The notes: generated from the sequence alone by a model not told the origin. Shown: positions 42,565 to 52,425, counted from the stretch's first letter. The stretch is DNA of 64,000 nucleotides from Bacteroidota bacterium (GCA_023395395.1 JAEWZH010000018.1:13187-77186), one strand, 5' to 3'. Numbers and translations: made by a program.

Positions 42565-42684
42565 CTCTATAGAGGAAATGTTTTTCCTCTATAGAGGAGT
42601 TGCGGCGGCTCTATAGAGCAAAAATACTTGCTCTATAGAGGAGTTGTGGTGGCTCTACCGAGCGATAATTTTTGCTCGATAGAG
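42565..42684. repeat. 22-bp-period CTCTATAGAG array C (6 units)
   Basis: Cores at 42565, 42587, 42609, 42631 (perfect), 42653 (CTCTACCGAG) and 42675 (CTCGATAGAG). Confidence 0.95.
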
Positions 42685-42738
42685 GAGGTTTTCCTATCCA
42701 ATAGGAGCTATAATTCACATTTGCATTTGCAATTGCTT

Positions 42739-42769
42739 CTTGACTTCTCGGCAAAAATGGCTATATTTG
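42739..42769 (+). promoter_or_regulatory. prfB promoter
   Basis: CTTG, 19 nt, TATATTTG; a divergent -7 box (CAAATTTA) at 42504-42511 serves the CoA-transferase. Confidence 0.65.
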
Positions 42770-42799
42770 CGCTCATAAATAATTAGTCATTAATCAGTA

Positions 42800-43909
42800 A
42801 TGATAACTTCAGACCAATTACAAGAAGTATTGGAGCGCAGGGATGCTCTCAAGGGTTATCTCGATATCGATACCAAACTGATACAGCTCAAAGAGGAGGA
42901 GCTTCGCACTCATGATCCACACTTTTGGGATGATCCTGTCAAAGCGCAGGCTCAGATGAAGGTCGTACAAGGACTGAAGCACTGGATAGATGATTTTAAT
43001 GATATCGACACTCAAGCCAATGAGCTTCAGCTCGCCTTTGAGTACATCAAGGAAAATCTGGTCTCCGAGGAAGAAATCGATGCTCTTTATGCCAAGGCAA
43101 TAGAGACACTTGCTGATATCGAACTCCGTAATATGCTTCGCAATGAGGAGGATAAGATGGGCGCAGTACTCAAAATAAACGCTGGTGCAGGAGGGACTGA
43201 AGCGCAAGACTGGGCATCCATGCTGGTACGTATGTATCATCGCTGGTGTGAAGATCAGGGCTACAAAGTGACTGTGACTAACTGGCAGGATGGAGATGAT
43301 GCAGGTGTCAAGACGGTTACCCTACAGGTGGAGGGAGAGCTCGCTTATGGATTCCTCAAGAGTGAAAATGGAGTGCATCGTCTAGTACGTGTATCACCCT
43401 ACAACGCTCAAGGCAAGCGTATGACCTCTTTTGCCTCCGTATTTGTAGTGCCACTCGTAGACGACACTATTGAGATTGAGATCAATCAGGGATTGATGAC
43501 GTGGGAGACTTTCCGTTCCGGTGGAGCTGGGGGGCAGAACGTAAATAAGGTGGAGACAGGTGTACGACTCAGATATATGTACACAGATTCCGATACGGGT
43601 GAGACAGAGGAGATTATTATCGAGAATACCGAAACCCGTAGTCAGCTTGATAATCGTGAAAATGCCAAACGTCTGCTCCGATCACAGCTATATGACAAAG
43701 AAATTCAACGACGCAACAAAGCTAAAGCCGCTATCGAGGGTTCCAAGAAAAAGATAGAGTGGGGCTCGCAGATTAGGAGCTATGTCTTCGACGACAGGAG
43801 AGTCAAAGATCACCGGACAAATCACCAGACCTCAGACGTAGATGGGGTAATGGATGGTAAGATTAGCCCATTCATTAAAGCCTACCTCATGGAGTTTGGT
43901 GGAGAATGA
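42800..43909 (+). CDS. prfB: Peptide chain release factor 2 (single uninterrupted ORF)
   Basis: GAGGTEAQDW, HRLVRVSPY, GAGGQNVNK, WGSQIRSYV. Confidence 0.95.
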   Translation: MITSDQLQEVLERRDALKGYLDIDTKLIQLKEEELRTHDPHFWDDPVKAQAQMKVVQGLKHWIDDFNDIDTQANELQLAFEYIKENLVSEEEIDALYAKAIETLADIELRNMLRNEEDKMGAVLKINAGAGGTEAQDWASMLVRMYHRWCEDQGYKVTVTNWQDGDDAGVKTVTLQVEGELAYGFLKSENGVHRLVRVSPYNAQGKRMTSFASVFVVPLVDDTIEIEINQGLMTWETFRSGGAGGQNVNKVETGVRLRYMYTDSDTGETEEIIIENTETRSQLDNRENAKRLLRSQLYDKEIQRRNKAKAAIEGSKKKIEWGSQIRSYVFDDRRVKDHRTNHQTSDVDGVMDGKISPFIKAYLMEFGGE

Positions 43910-43956
43910 AAAATAGGTAATGGTAATAAATCAAATATACAGACAGAACTAATTTT

Positions 43957-44529
43957 ATGGCTACTACAGCAGACTTTCGTAATGGTATGTGTCTTGAGAT
44001 TGACGGCACTCCATTTGTGATTGTGGAATTTCTACACGTAAAGCCGGGCAAGGGTCCTGCATTCGTTCGTACTAAGCTCCGCAATCTCTCCAACGGGCGT
44101 ATCCTAGAAAAGACTTGGAACTCAGGCGTCAAGGTGGATGAGATTCGTATCGAGCGCCGCCCATATCAGTTCCTATACAAAGATGAGATGGGTCTTGTAT
44201 TTATGCACGCTGAGACCTACGAGCAGATTCATATCCCTGAGGAGCGTATTGAGGGTGTCCAATTTTTGAGAGAGGGCGATATGACCGAAGCAATGGTACA
44301 CGCCGAGAAGGAAGAGGTACTTACTTGTGAGCTCCCGAGTCACGTGACTCTTCAAATTACCTATACCGAGCCGGGCGTAAAGGGTGATACCGCAAGCGGT
44401 AATGCCACCAAGCCAGCTACTGTAGAGACGGGGGCAGAGGTTAGAGTCCCTCTATTTATTGAAAATGGAGAGATGATAGTGGTCGATACACGCACAGCCA
44501 GCTATGTACGTCGCGCTAAGGAGGCATAA
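43957..44529 (+). CDS. efp: Elongation factor P
   Basis: [26 protein letters not shown]. Confidence 0.97.
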   Translation: MATTADFRNGMCLEIDGTPFVIVEFLHVKPGKGPAFVRTKLRNLSNGRILEKTWNSGVKVDEIRIERRPYQFLYKDEMGLVFMHAETYEQIHIPEERIEGVQFLREGDMTEAMVHAEKEEVLTCELPSHVTLQITYTEPGVKGDTASGNATKPATVETGAEVRVPLFIENGEMIVVDTRTASYVRRAKEA

Positions 44530-44698
44530 TTTGCTTTAATCTACAAAGAGTCGTAATTATATTATTGACTCCATCATAATAGGGTGACTACGATGATCGT
44601 TGTGATTTTCATGGTCACCCATTGTTATATTGAAATAGTGGGGAAATAGAGAAACTTATTAGTATATTTGCGGAGGGGGATAGGGATGATAACTATTG

Positions 44699-45469
44699 AT
44701 GAGTAAAAATAAACTGACTAAGTTTGCCGAGTTAGATGCTCTGCCTAACGTACTTCAGTTCCCCTTCAGAGTGATGGCGGAGACAGGGTACGCTTTCCCG
44801 TATAAAGGGGTATGGGACAGAGAGGTCTTTGGTAATGACCACCCCATTATCGTAGAGCTGGGTTGCGGTCGTGGCGAGTATACAGTGGAGCTAGCGCGAA
44901 GACATCCCGAGCACAACTATATTGGAATAGACATCAAAGGCAATCGTATGTGGAGTGGCGCTGTCAAAGCGCACAATGAGGGATTGGATAATGTCCGCTT
45001 CCTGCGCACAGAGATAGAGTTGCTCTCATATTTTTTTGCAGAAGGGGAGCTTTCGGAATTGTGGCTTACGTTTCCTGATCCACAGATGAAGAAACGGAGA
45101 AAGCGTCTGACTGCGACCAATTTTTTGACGATGTATAAGAGAGTGCTTGGCGATCCGATGATACTGAACTTAAAGAGTGACAGCACATTTCTCTTTATCT
45201 ATACAAAGTTGGTGGCGAGGGAGAATGGTCTCTCTATCTTGGAAGAATATACGAACCTCCATAGCGAAGCCGATAAAGACTCTGACTTGAGGACTATCGA
45301 GACTTATTACGAGAGCCAATGGAAGGCAAGGGGCATAGATATAAAGTATCTGAAGATTGCACTAGCATCTCTCTCGGATAATCCAGTGGAGCCCGAGGAA
45401 GAGATAGAAATGGATGGCTACAGGAGCTACTCGAGAAGCAAACGAAGTGAGCTAGAAAGTACTAAGTGA
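44699..45469 (+). CDS. trmB: tRNA (guanine-N7)-methyltransferase
   Basis: ELGCGRGEY, GIDIKG, TFPDPQ, KSDS, TYYE; TATATTTG at 44663-44670. Confidence 0.92.
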   Translation: MSKNKLTKFAELDALPNVLQFPFRVMAETGYAFPYKGVWDREVFGNDHPIIVELGCGRGEYTVELARRHPEHNYIGIDIKGNRMWSGAVKAHNEGLDNVRFLRTEIELLSYFFAEGELSELWLTFPDPQMKKRRKRLTATNFLTMYKRVLGDPMILNLKSDSTFLFIYTKLVARENGLSILEEYTNLHSEADKDSDLRTIETYYESQWKARGIDIKYLKIALASLSDNPVEPEEEIEMDGYRSYSRSKRSELESTK

Positions 45470-46584
45470 TGAAGCAAATAACAGAGCAAGCAATCCTAGA
45501 TGCACTAAAGACCATAAAGTACCCCGGTGAAGATGTCAATATCGTCGCCAGTGGGATGGTACAGAATGATATTGTGATAGAGGGACGAAAGGTTTCATTT
45601 TCAATTAGATTTAAGAAGTCTAAGGATCCATTTCATAAGTCAATCATCAAGACTGCAGAGGCAGTACTGAAGAATATGGTGGCTGAAGATATGGAGATTC
45701 AGGGGAATATCACCCCAGTGTTTCCCGAACTATCCAAGGCTCCTGAGGCTGATGTAATCCTTCCTGGGGTAAAGAATATTGTCGCCATTCATTCTGGAAA
45801 AGGAGGGGTGGGAAAGTCTACAGTGACAGCTAATCTTGCTGTCGCTCTTTCTGCAGCTGGTTATAAGGTAGGGCTATTAGACGCAGATATCTATGGTCCT
45901 TCGATGCCTAGGATGTTGGGGTTGGAAGGAAGCCGCCCTATGATGGTAGAGGTAGATGGAAAAGAGTTGATTGAGACTCCGACTAGCTACGGTGTTAAAC
46001 TCCTTTCCATTGGTTTTTTCGTCAATAAAGAGGATGCAGTCGTATGGCGTGGTACCATGGCGAGCAATGCTATGGGGCAGCTAATACGCGAGGGTAATTG
46101 GGGCGAGCTCGATTTTCTTCTCGTAGACCTACCTCCAGGTACTTCTGACATCCACCTTTCATTGATACAAACTCTCGGGCTCACAGGTGCTGTAGTGGTA
46201 ACTACGCCACAAGATGTTGCGATTGATGATGCGAGGAAAGGACTCAATATGTTTAAGGACGAAAAGATTAATGTCCCTGTGCTCGGAATCGTGGAGAATA
46301 TGGCGTGGTTTACGCCCGCTGAATTACCTCAAAATCGCTATTACATCTTTGGAAAAGACGGAGGTAAGCACCTTGCAGAGGAGAGCGACGTGGCGTTACT
46401 GGGTCAGATACCTCTTGTGCAGAGTGTACGTGAGGGTGCTGATGAGGGAAAACCAGTCGCATCGACAGATGATACAGTGATGGGGGTTGCCTTTAGAAAT
46501 GTAGCTGAAAATTTAGTAGCAGCGGTGGAGAAACGCAATCGAGAGCTTCCCCCAACCCAAAAAGTGCATGTGAGTAGAAAATAG
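45469..46584 (+). CDS. mrp: Mrp/NBP35 (ApbC) Fe-S cluster carrier ATPase
   Basis: SGKGGVGKST, DADIYGPS, DLPPGTSD, VTTPQ, VENM. Confidence 0.92.
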   Translation: MKQITEQAILDALKTIKYPGEDVNIVASGMVQNDIVIEGRKVSFSIRFKKSKDPFHKSIIKTAEAVLKNMVAEDMEIQGNITPVFPELSKAPEADVILPGVKNIVAIHSGKGGVGKSTVTANLAVALSAAGYKVGLLDADIYGPSMPRMLGLEGSRPMMVEVDGKELIETPTSYGVKLLSIGFFVNKEDAVVWRGTMASNAMGQLIREGNWGELDFLLVDLPPGTSDIHLSLIQTLGLTGAVVVTTPQDVAIDDARKGLNMFKDEKINVPVLGIVENMAWFTPAELPQNRYYIFGKDGGKHLAEESDVALLGQIPLVQSVREGADEGKPVASTDDTVMGVAFRNVAENLVAAVEKRNRELPPTQKVHVSRK

Positions 46585-46611
46585 AATATTTTTTGCCAAT
46601 CTAAGTTTTAT

Positions 46612-48063
46612 ATGAATACTGTAGAACCAACTATTGATGAGGGGCGTAGCAATCCCTTAAATGACCTAATGAAGTGGGTGAGTGGGATTAACCCCTCAGT
46701 CTTTATGTTCCTAGCTGCCATCCTGGCAATTATTTTTGCTAATACTGGACTGCTAGGGATATATTCATCAATTCTTGATGCTCCTGTAAACTTGGAGATA
46801 GGGGGCTATAAATTCTTCCAACATCATGACAGAGCTATGACACTGGCGGAGTTTGTCAATGATGGTTTGATGGTGCTTTTCTTCTTCAGCGTAGGACTAG
46901 AGATAAAGCGAGAAATGGTCGATGGTTCGCTTAGTTCATTTCGTAAAGCAATGCTGCCAGTAATTGCAGCAGTGGGAGGTATGATTATGCCGGTATTGAT
47001 ATTCCTAATGGTGGAAAATCAGGATCCCGTCGCACTCCGTGGTATGGCTATTCCTATGGCTACAGATATTGCTTTTGCTTTGGCTGTATTAGGGCTTTTG
47101 GGAAAGCGGGTGCCAGTGACACTCAAATTATTTTTGATGGCACTAGCTGTTGTGGATGATATAGGCGGTATTTTGGTGATTGCTATTTTTTACTCCGCGG
47201 GTATTCAGTGGACACCACTTCTACTTGGATTATTGACATTAGCTCTATCGCTCTACTTCTCCAGGAAAGGCGTTGCGAAGAGCGGGGTCTACTATATATT
47301 GCTGTTTATTGTGTGGACACTCTTTATGCACTCCGGTATTCACTCTACAATTGCGGGCGTATTACTGGCTCTTACAATTCCTCACAAGCCTACGCTTCGC
47401 CCCGATGAATTAGAGCCAGATATGCGTAAGATAGATTATCGTATCGCTACTGCAAAGGAACCAGGATATGAACAGAAGGATTTCCTTGACGACGATTATC
47501 TTGAAGATCTGCGCAGAGCACAGAGTCGTATTCATCGCACAATATCACCGGTACAGTGCATGGAGCATGAGGTAAATCCATTGGTTCAATATTTTGTCCT
47601 TCCGCTGTTTGCTTTCAGTAATGCTGGTATCAACTTTAGTGGTATGGGTGAATCAAGTCTATTCGCTGTCGCCATAGCTGTGGCAGCTGCACTCTTCTTT
47701 GGAAAACTTCTTGGAATCTTTGGATTTACCTATATTTTTACCAAACTTAAGGTAGTAAAGATGACTCCAGGAATGACCTATGGAAATGTATTTGGTATAT
47801 CAATGCTTGGAGGGATTGGATTTACGGTATCTCTTTTCATCGCTTCATTGGCATTTATCGGGGTAGGTGATTTAGGAGTGGAATATCTCAATATGGCAAA
47901 ACTAGGCATCATTATTGGTACTTTAGTTTCAGGTATCATTGGAGTACTGGTACTCAATGCCATCCTGAAAAAAGAGGAACAGAAAGGCTTGGGGGTTAGT
48001 AGCCAAGAGTACAAGGATTATATGCAACAATTCAAAAATAGTAACACATACTCAGAGGAGTGA
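46612..48063 (+). CDS. nhaA: Na+/H+ antiporter NhaA
   Basis: NDGLM, GLEIKRE, ATDIAFA, AVVDD, GIGFTVSLFI. Confidence 0.93.
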   Translation: MNTVEPTIDEGRSNPLNDLMKWVSGINPSVFMFLAAILAIIFANTGLLGIYSSILDAPVNLEIGGYKFFQHHDRAMTLAEFVNDGLMVLFFFSVGLEIKREMVDGSLSSFRKAMLPVIAAVGGMIMPVLIFLMVENQDPVALRGMAIPMATDIAFALAVLGLLGKRVPVTLKLFLMALAVVDDIGGILVIAIFYSAGIQWTPLLLGLLTLALSLYFSRKGVAKSGVYYILLFIVWTLFMHSGIHSTIAGVLLALTIPHKPTLRPDELEPDMRKIDYRIATAKEPGYEQKDFLDDDYLEDLRRAQSRIHRTISPVQCMEHEVNPLVQYFVLPLFAFSNAGINFSGMGESSLFAVAIAVAAALFFGKLLGIFGFTYIFTKLKVVKMTPGMTYGNVFGISMLGGIGFTVSLFIASLAFIGVGDLGVEYLNMAKLGIIIGTLVSGIIGVLVLNAILKKEEQKGLGVSSQEYKDYMQQFKNSNTYSEE

Positions 48064-48116
48064 ATTGTGTTTCTAGTGAGAGGAAAGAAGTGTAAATTAA
48101 TTATGAGTATTTGATT

Positions 48117-48533
48117 ATGGCAATTGTAAAAGAGTTTAAGGAGTTTGTAAACCGTGGTAACGTTGTAGATATGGCGGTGGGTGTAGTGATTGGTGGCGCA
48201 TTTGGAAAGATTGTCGCCTCATTTGTCAATGATGTATTGATGCCCCCACTTGGATTGCTACTTGGTGGAATGGACTTCAAGGAATTGAAGTGGATTATGC
48301 AGCCAGGTACACTCGATGAGGCAGGACAGATGGTCGGTGAGGTCGCTTTGAATTATGGAATGTTTATCCAAAGTGTCATTGACTTCTTCATCATCGCTTT
48401 TGCAATCTTTATGTTGATCAAGGGTATGAATAAGCTGAAGCGCGAGAAGCCGGCTGAGCCTGAGGCTCCAGCACCAAAGGCGGAAGATGTCGTATTGCTT
48501 GAGGAGATACGTGATCTGCTTAAGAATAAGTAA
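48117..48533 (+). CDS. mscL: Large-conductance mechanosensitive channel
   Basis: [28 protein letters not shown]. Confidence 0.96.
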   Translation: MAIVKEFKEFVNRGNVVDMAVGVVIGGAFGKIVASFVNDVLMPPLGLLLGGMDFKELKWIMQPGTLDEAGQMVGEVALNYGMFIQSVIDFFIIAFAIFMLIKGMNKLKREKPAEPEAPAPKAEDVVLLEEIRDLLKNK

Positions 48534-48565
48534 GAGTCTATCATAATAAGCCAGCTTATTATAGC

Positions 48566-48608
48566 AGAGTCGCTACTAAGAGTATACCACTCTTAGTAGC
48601 GACTTTTA
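48566..48608 (+). terminator. Terminator after mscL
   Basis: AGTCGCTACTAAGAGT / ACTCTTAGTAGCGACT plus T run. Confidence 0.85.
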
Positions 48609-48873
48609 TATTTTGGGAAACTATTGGATTCTATGACAATCTATAATTTACTATTGGAGTTATGATGTAATTATCTATATACTCATTTATAATCGTATAG
48701 ATATGTGTATATTGGATTGGTAGATTATCTCTATTTGCGTGATTAAAATTGAAAGTTTTGGACAACTTATCGATTAATTAGATTACCTTTGTTGTCCAAT
48801 ATGGAAGATAATCGAACTGTAGCAATTGCTATTTTTGTGAGAGAATCATTACAACAATATAATAAACAACTCT

Positions 48874-51429
48874 ATGAGCAAGAACGTCTACGACTTCGAC
48901 GAAGTTTATCAATCCACACTCGAGTACTTTGAGGGTGATGAGTTGGCGGCTAAGGTATGGAGCACTAAGTATGCACTTAAAGATGATAAAGGGCGTATAT
49001 TAGAAAAAACTCCCACTGATATGCACCGCCGTATCGCTTCTGAAATCGCCCGTATTGAGGCTAAGTACCCTAATCCATTGAGCGAGCAGGAAATTTTTAA
49101 TTTGATGGACCACTTCCGTTACATTGTGCCACAAGGAAGCCCAATGACGGGAATAGGAAATGACTATCAGGTGGCTTCGCTATCCAATTGTTTCGTGATA
49201 GGTATGGATGGCTATGCAGATAGCTATGGCGGTATCTTCAAGATGGATGAGGAGCAGGTGCAGTTGATGAAGCGTCGCGGAGGCGTGGGACAAGATCTCT
49301 CGTATATCCGCCCATCTGGTTCGCCAGTGAAAAACTCCGCCCTCACCTCTACAGGTTTGGTTTCCTTCATGAATAGGTACTCCAATTCTACCCGAGAAGT
49401 CGCCCAAGATGGTCGTAGAGGAGCGCTCATGCTTTCTGTATCTATTCAGCACCCAGATAGCGAGGCTTTTATAGATGCTAAGCTAGAGGAAGGCAAGATT
49501 ACCGGAGCTAATATCTCAGTGCGAATTTCTGATGAATTTATGCGTGCTGTGGTAGACGATACCGACTATACTCTGCAGTATCCAATCGAGGTACACGATC
49601 CTAAGGTTAAACGTACCATTAGGGCACGTGACTTGTGGGAAAAGATTATCCACAATGCTTGGAAGAGTGCAGAGCCGGGTGTGCTTTTTTGGGATACCAT
49701 CATCAAAGAGTCGCTCCCTGATTGCTATGCCGACCTTGGGTTCCGCACTATTTCTACCAATCCTTGTGGCGAAATCCCTCTTTGCCCTTATGATAGTTGT
49801 AGATTGCTGGCAATAAATCTCTATGGCTACGTAGAACATCCATTTACAGATAAGGCAAAGTTTAACTTCGAACTCTTTAAGGAGCACGTAGCTTATGCCC
49901 AAAGGATTATGGATGATATTATCGATCTTGAGAGTGAGAAAATCGATCAAATCATCGCTAAGATAGAGAGCGATCCTGAGTCAGATGATGTAAAACGGAC
50001 TGAGCTAGAGCTTTGGCAAAAAATCCGTCGCAAGACTCTAATGGGGCGCCGTACAGGTGTCGGAATTACTGCAGAGGGGGATATGTTGGCTGCACTAGGG
50101 TTCCGCTATGGGACAGAGGAGGCTACAACCCACGCTGTGAAGGTGCAGAAGACTCTTGCTCTTGCGGCCTATGGCAGTTCAGTAACCATGGCTCGTGAGC
50201 GTGGTGCTTTTGAGGTGTATGATGCGAAGCGAGAGGCAAATAACCCGATGATTCTGCGTATTAAGGCTGCCGACCCTAAGCTCTACGACAACATGGTCAA
50301 ATATGGTAGGCGTAATATTGCATGTCTGACGATTGCCCCAACAGGTTCGACTAGCATCATGACTCAGACCACATCGGGTATCGAACCCGTATTTATGCCT
50401 GTTTACAAGCGTAGACGTAAGATTAATAGTAATGAAGCTGAGAATTCTAAGGCAACCTTTGTAGATGAAGTAGGTGATCAGTGGGAGGAGTATATTGTCT
50501 ACCACCATCACTTCAAGACTTGGATGAAGGCTAACGGTTACGATATTTCCAAAGATTATACCCAAGAGGAAATTGACCAACTGGTGGAAAAGTCACCCTA
50601 CTACAAAGCTACTTCAAACGACGTGGATTGGGTGGCAAAGGTGTGCATGCAGGGTCAGATGCAAAAGTGGGTAGACCACTCTATCAGTGTGACGGTAAAT
50701 CTCCCTAGCGATGTAGACGAAGCACTTGTCAATGAGCTTTATATCACGGCTTGGAGAGAGGGATGTAAAGGTTGTACGATTTATCGTGATGGTAGCCGTG
50801 CAGGCGTCTTGGTCGCAGCAGAGAAGAAGAAAAAGAGGGAAGATAAGTCTGCCGATGAGACAGCTGAACAACCAACTGCATTGCCTTCCAAACGCCCAAT
50901 CGAGCTTGAGGCTGACATCGTACGTTTTCAAAATAATAAAGAGAGATGGATCGCCTTTATCGGATTGGTCGATGGGCGCCCTTATGAGATATTTACAGGT
51001 ATTGATGACGAAGATGAAGGTCTATTTATTCCTAAACGAGTCAATAAGGGTCTTATCATCAAGGCAATAGATCCTGATGGCACCAAGCATTACGATTTTC
51101 AATATTCCAATAAGCGTGGACTGAAAGTAACTGTCGAGGCTTTAGACACTAAGTTTAATCCAGAATTCTGGAACTATGCTAAGCTTATTAGTGGTGTGCT
51201 TCGCTACGGTATGCCTATCGATCAGGTAATACAACTCGTACAAGCCATGGAGCTTAATGATGAGTCTATCAACACTTGGAAAAATGGTGTAGAACGTGCA
51301 CTCCGGAAGTATGTACAGAGCGGGCAAAAGGCGAGTGGACAGACTTGTCCTTCTTGTGGTGCTGAGGATTTGGTTTACCAAGAGGGTTGCTTGATTTGCC
51401 AAAGCTGTGGTAACTCCAAGTGCGGTTGA
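48874..51429 (+). CDS. nrdJ: Class II (adenosylcobalamin-dependent) ribonucleotide reductase
   Basis: SNCFV, TNPCGEIPL, IAPTGS, YRDGSR, C-terminal CPSCG..CQSCG..KC; no beta-subunit gene adjacent; TACCTTTG at 48784-48791. Confidence 0.85.
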   Translation: MSKNVYDFDEVYQSTLEYFEGDELAAKVWSTKYALKDDKGRILEKTPTDMHRRIASEIARIEAKYPNPLSEQEIFNLMDHFRYIVPQGSPMTGIGNDYQVASLSNCFVIGMDGYADSYGGIFKMDEEQVQLMKRRGGVGQDLSYIRPSGSPVKNSALTSTGLVSFMNRYSNSTREVAQDGRRGALMLSVSIQHPDSEAFIDAKLEEGKITGANISVRISDEFMRAVVDDTDYTLQYPIEVHDPKVKRTIRARDLWEKIIHNAWKSAEPGVLFWDTIIKESLPDCYADLGFRTISTNPCGEIPLCPYDSCRLLAINLYGYVEHPFTDKAKFNFELFKEHVAYAQRIMDDIIDLESEKIDQIIAKIESDPESDDVKRTELELWQKIRRKTLMGRRTGVGITAEGDMLAALGFRYGTEEATTHAVKVQKTLALAAYGSSVTMARERGAFEVYDAKREANNPMILRIKAADPKLYDNMVKYGRRNIACLTIAPTGSTSIMTQTTSGIEPVFMPVYKRRRKINSNEAENSKATFVDEVGDQWEEYIVYHHHFKTWMKANGYDISKDYTQEEIDQLVEKSPYYKATSNDVDWVAKVCMQGQMQKWVDHSISVTVNLPSDVDEALVNELYITAWREGCKGCTIYRDGSRAGVLVAAEKKKKREDKSADETAEQPTALPSKRPIELEADIVRFQNNKERWIAFIGLVDGRPYEIFTGIDDEDEGLFIPKRVNKGLIIKAIDPDGTKHYDFQYSNKRGLKVTVEALDTKFNPEFWNYAKLISGVLRYGMPIDQVIQLVQAMELNDESINTWKNGVERALRKYVQSGQKASGQTCPSCGAEDLVYQEGCLICQSCGNSKCG

Positions 51430-51457
51430 TCTAATGAAGACGGTATAGGATACGTCT

Positions 51458-51539
51458 CTCCTCTATAGAAAACATTTCACTCCGATATAGATTCGTCTCG
51501 ACAAATCTATATCGGAGTGAAATATTTTCTATAGAGGAG
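51458..51539. repeat. 36-bp-arm inverted repeat derived from the 22-bp array (locus D); probable bidirectional terminator
   Basis: Arms 51458-51493 and 51504-51539 are complementary with one mismatch; lies between convergent nrdJ and lpxH. Confidence 0.9.
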
Positions 51540-51546
51540 TTTCTGT

Positions 51547-52359
51547 CTACCGATTGATGCCGAACGGCAGGTGTACCTGTGATTCGATATTAGTCTGGTG
51601 CTCAGTTTCTTCAAATGTATCAATGGAAAAAGTGGTTCCATCCCATCTTGCATAGCTAAAGTGGCTAATCCAATCGCCTAGGATGGCGATACGGCTCTTG
51701 TCGCTGAGCATCAAATCAAGTACGATATGTCGGTGTCCAAAGATAAAGAAATTGGGTTGTTTCCCTTCTGTTTGCCTATTCAGATATTGTTTGGCATATT
51801 GTACTAAGTATTCGTTTTGCTCACCTTTATACTGTTGCTCACTGAGATTTTTCATCCCTTTCCTCCGGCTATGTAGCGCCCATCTATGGGCAAGGCCTAC
51901 GGTAAACCAAGGATGGATACTTGCATAGAGTTTTTGACAAAAACGATTGTGGAAAATTGCTCTGATGAAGCGAAACCCTTTGTCTGCTTGGACAAACTCG
52001 TCACCATGAGCAATGTAGAACTTCTTGCCGAGTAATTCAAAGGTGGTTGGCTCACGGTGCACCTGACAACCAATCTCCTCCGAGAGATAATCAAATATCC
52101 AAACATCGTGATTGCCGGTAAAAAAGTGAATCTCTACTCCTTTGTCAGCTAAATTGGCTAGTTTGCCAAGTACTCGGATGTAGCCACGAGGGACTACATA
52201 CTTATACTCAAACCAATAGTCAAAGATGTCGCCGACAAGAAATAGATGTGTGGCATCATGCTCAATGAAATCGAGCCAGCGAACAAATTTGCGCTCCACT
52301 TCTATGGCATTTTGATGGAAATATGCTCCAAAGTGCATATCTGATGCAAAGTATATCAT
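51547..52359 (-). CDS. lpxH: UDP-2,3-diacylglucosamine diphosphatase
   Basis: SDMHFG, GDIFDYW, GNHD, HGD, GHRH, LGDW metallophosphoesterase motifs. Confidence 0.85.
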   Translation of the reverse strand: MIYFASDMHFGAYFHQNAIEVERKFVRWLDFIEHDATHLFLVGDIFDYWFEYKYVVPRGYIRVLGKLANLADKGVEIHFFTGNHDVWIFDYLSEEIGCQVHREPTTFELLGKKFYIAHGDEFVQADKGFRFIRAIFHNRFCQKLYASIHPWFTVGLAHRWALHSRRKGMKNLSEQQYKGEQNEYLVQYAKQYLNRQTEGKQPNFFIFGHRHIVLDLMLSDKSRIAILGDWISHFSYARWDGTTFSIDTFEETEHQTNIESQVHLPFGINR

Positions 52360-52425
52360 CTTTTCACTAATGCTTTGAGCATAGGTATACTATTATCGCA
52401 GATAAACCTCACCTATCGACCAAGG

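Noticed and set aside
48610..48873. Cobalamin riboswitch or other element upstream of class II RNR; ACTATTGGA repeated at 48620 and 48650
   Set aside because: The region is very AT-rich with no B12-box-like motif; the short repeat is too weak to call.
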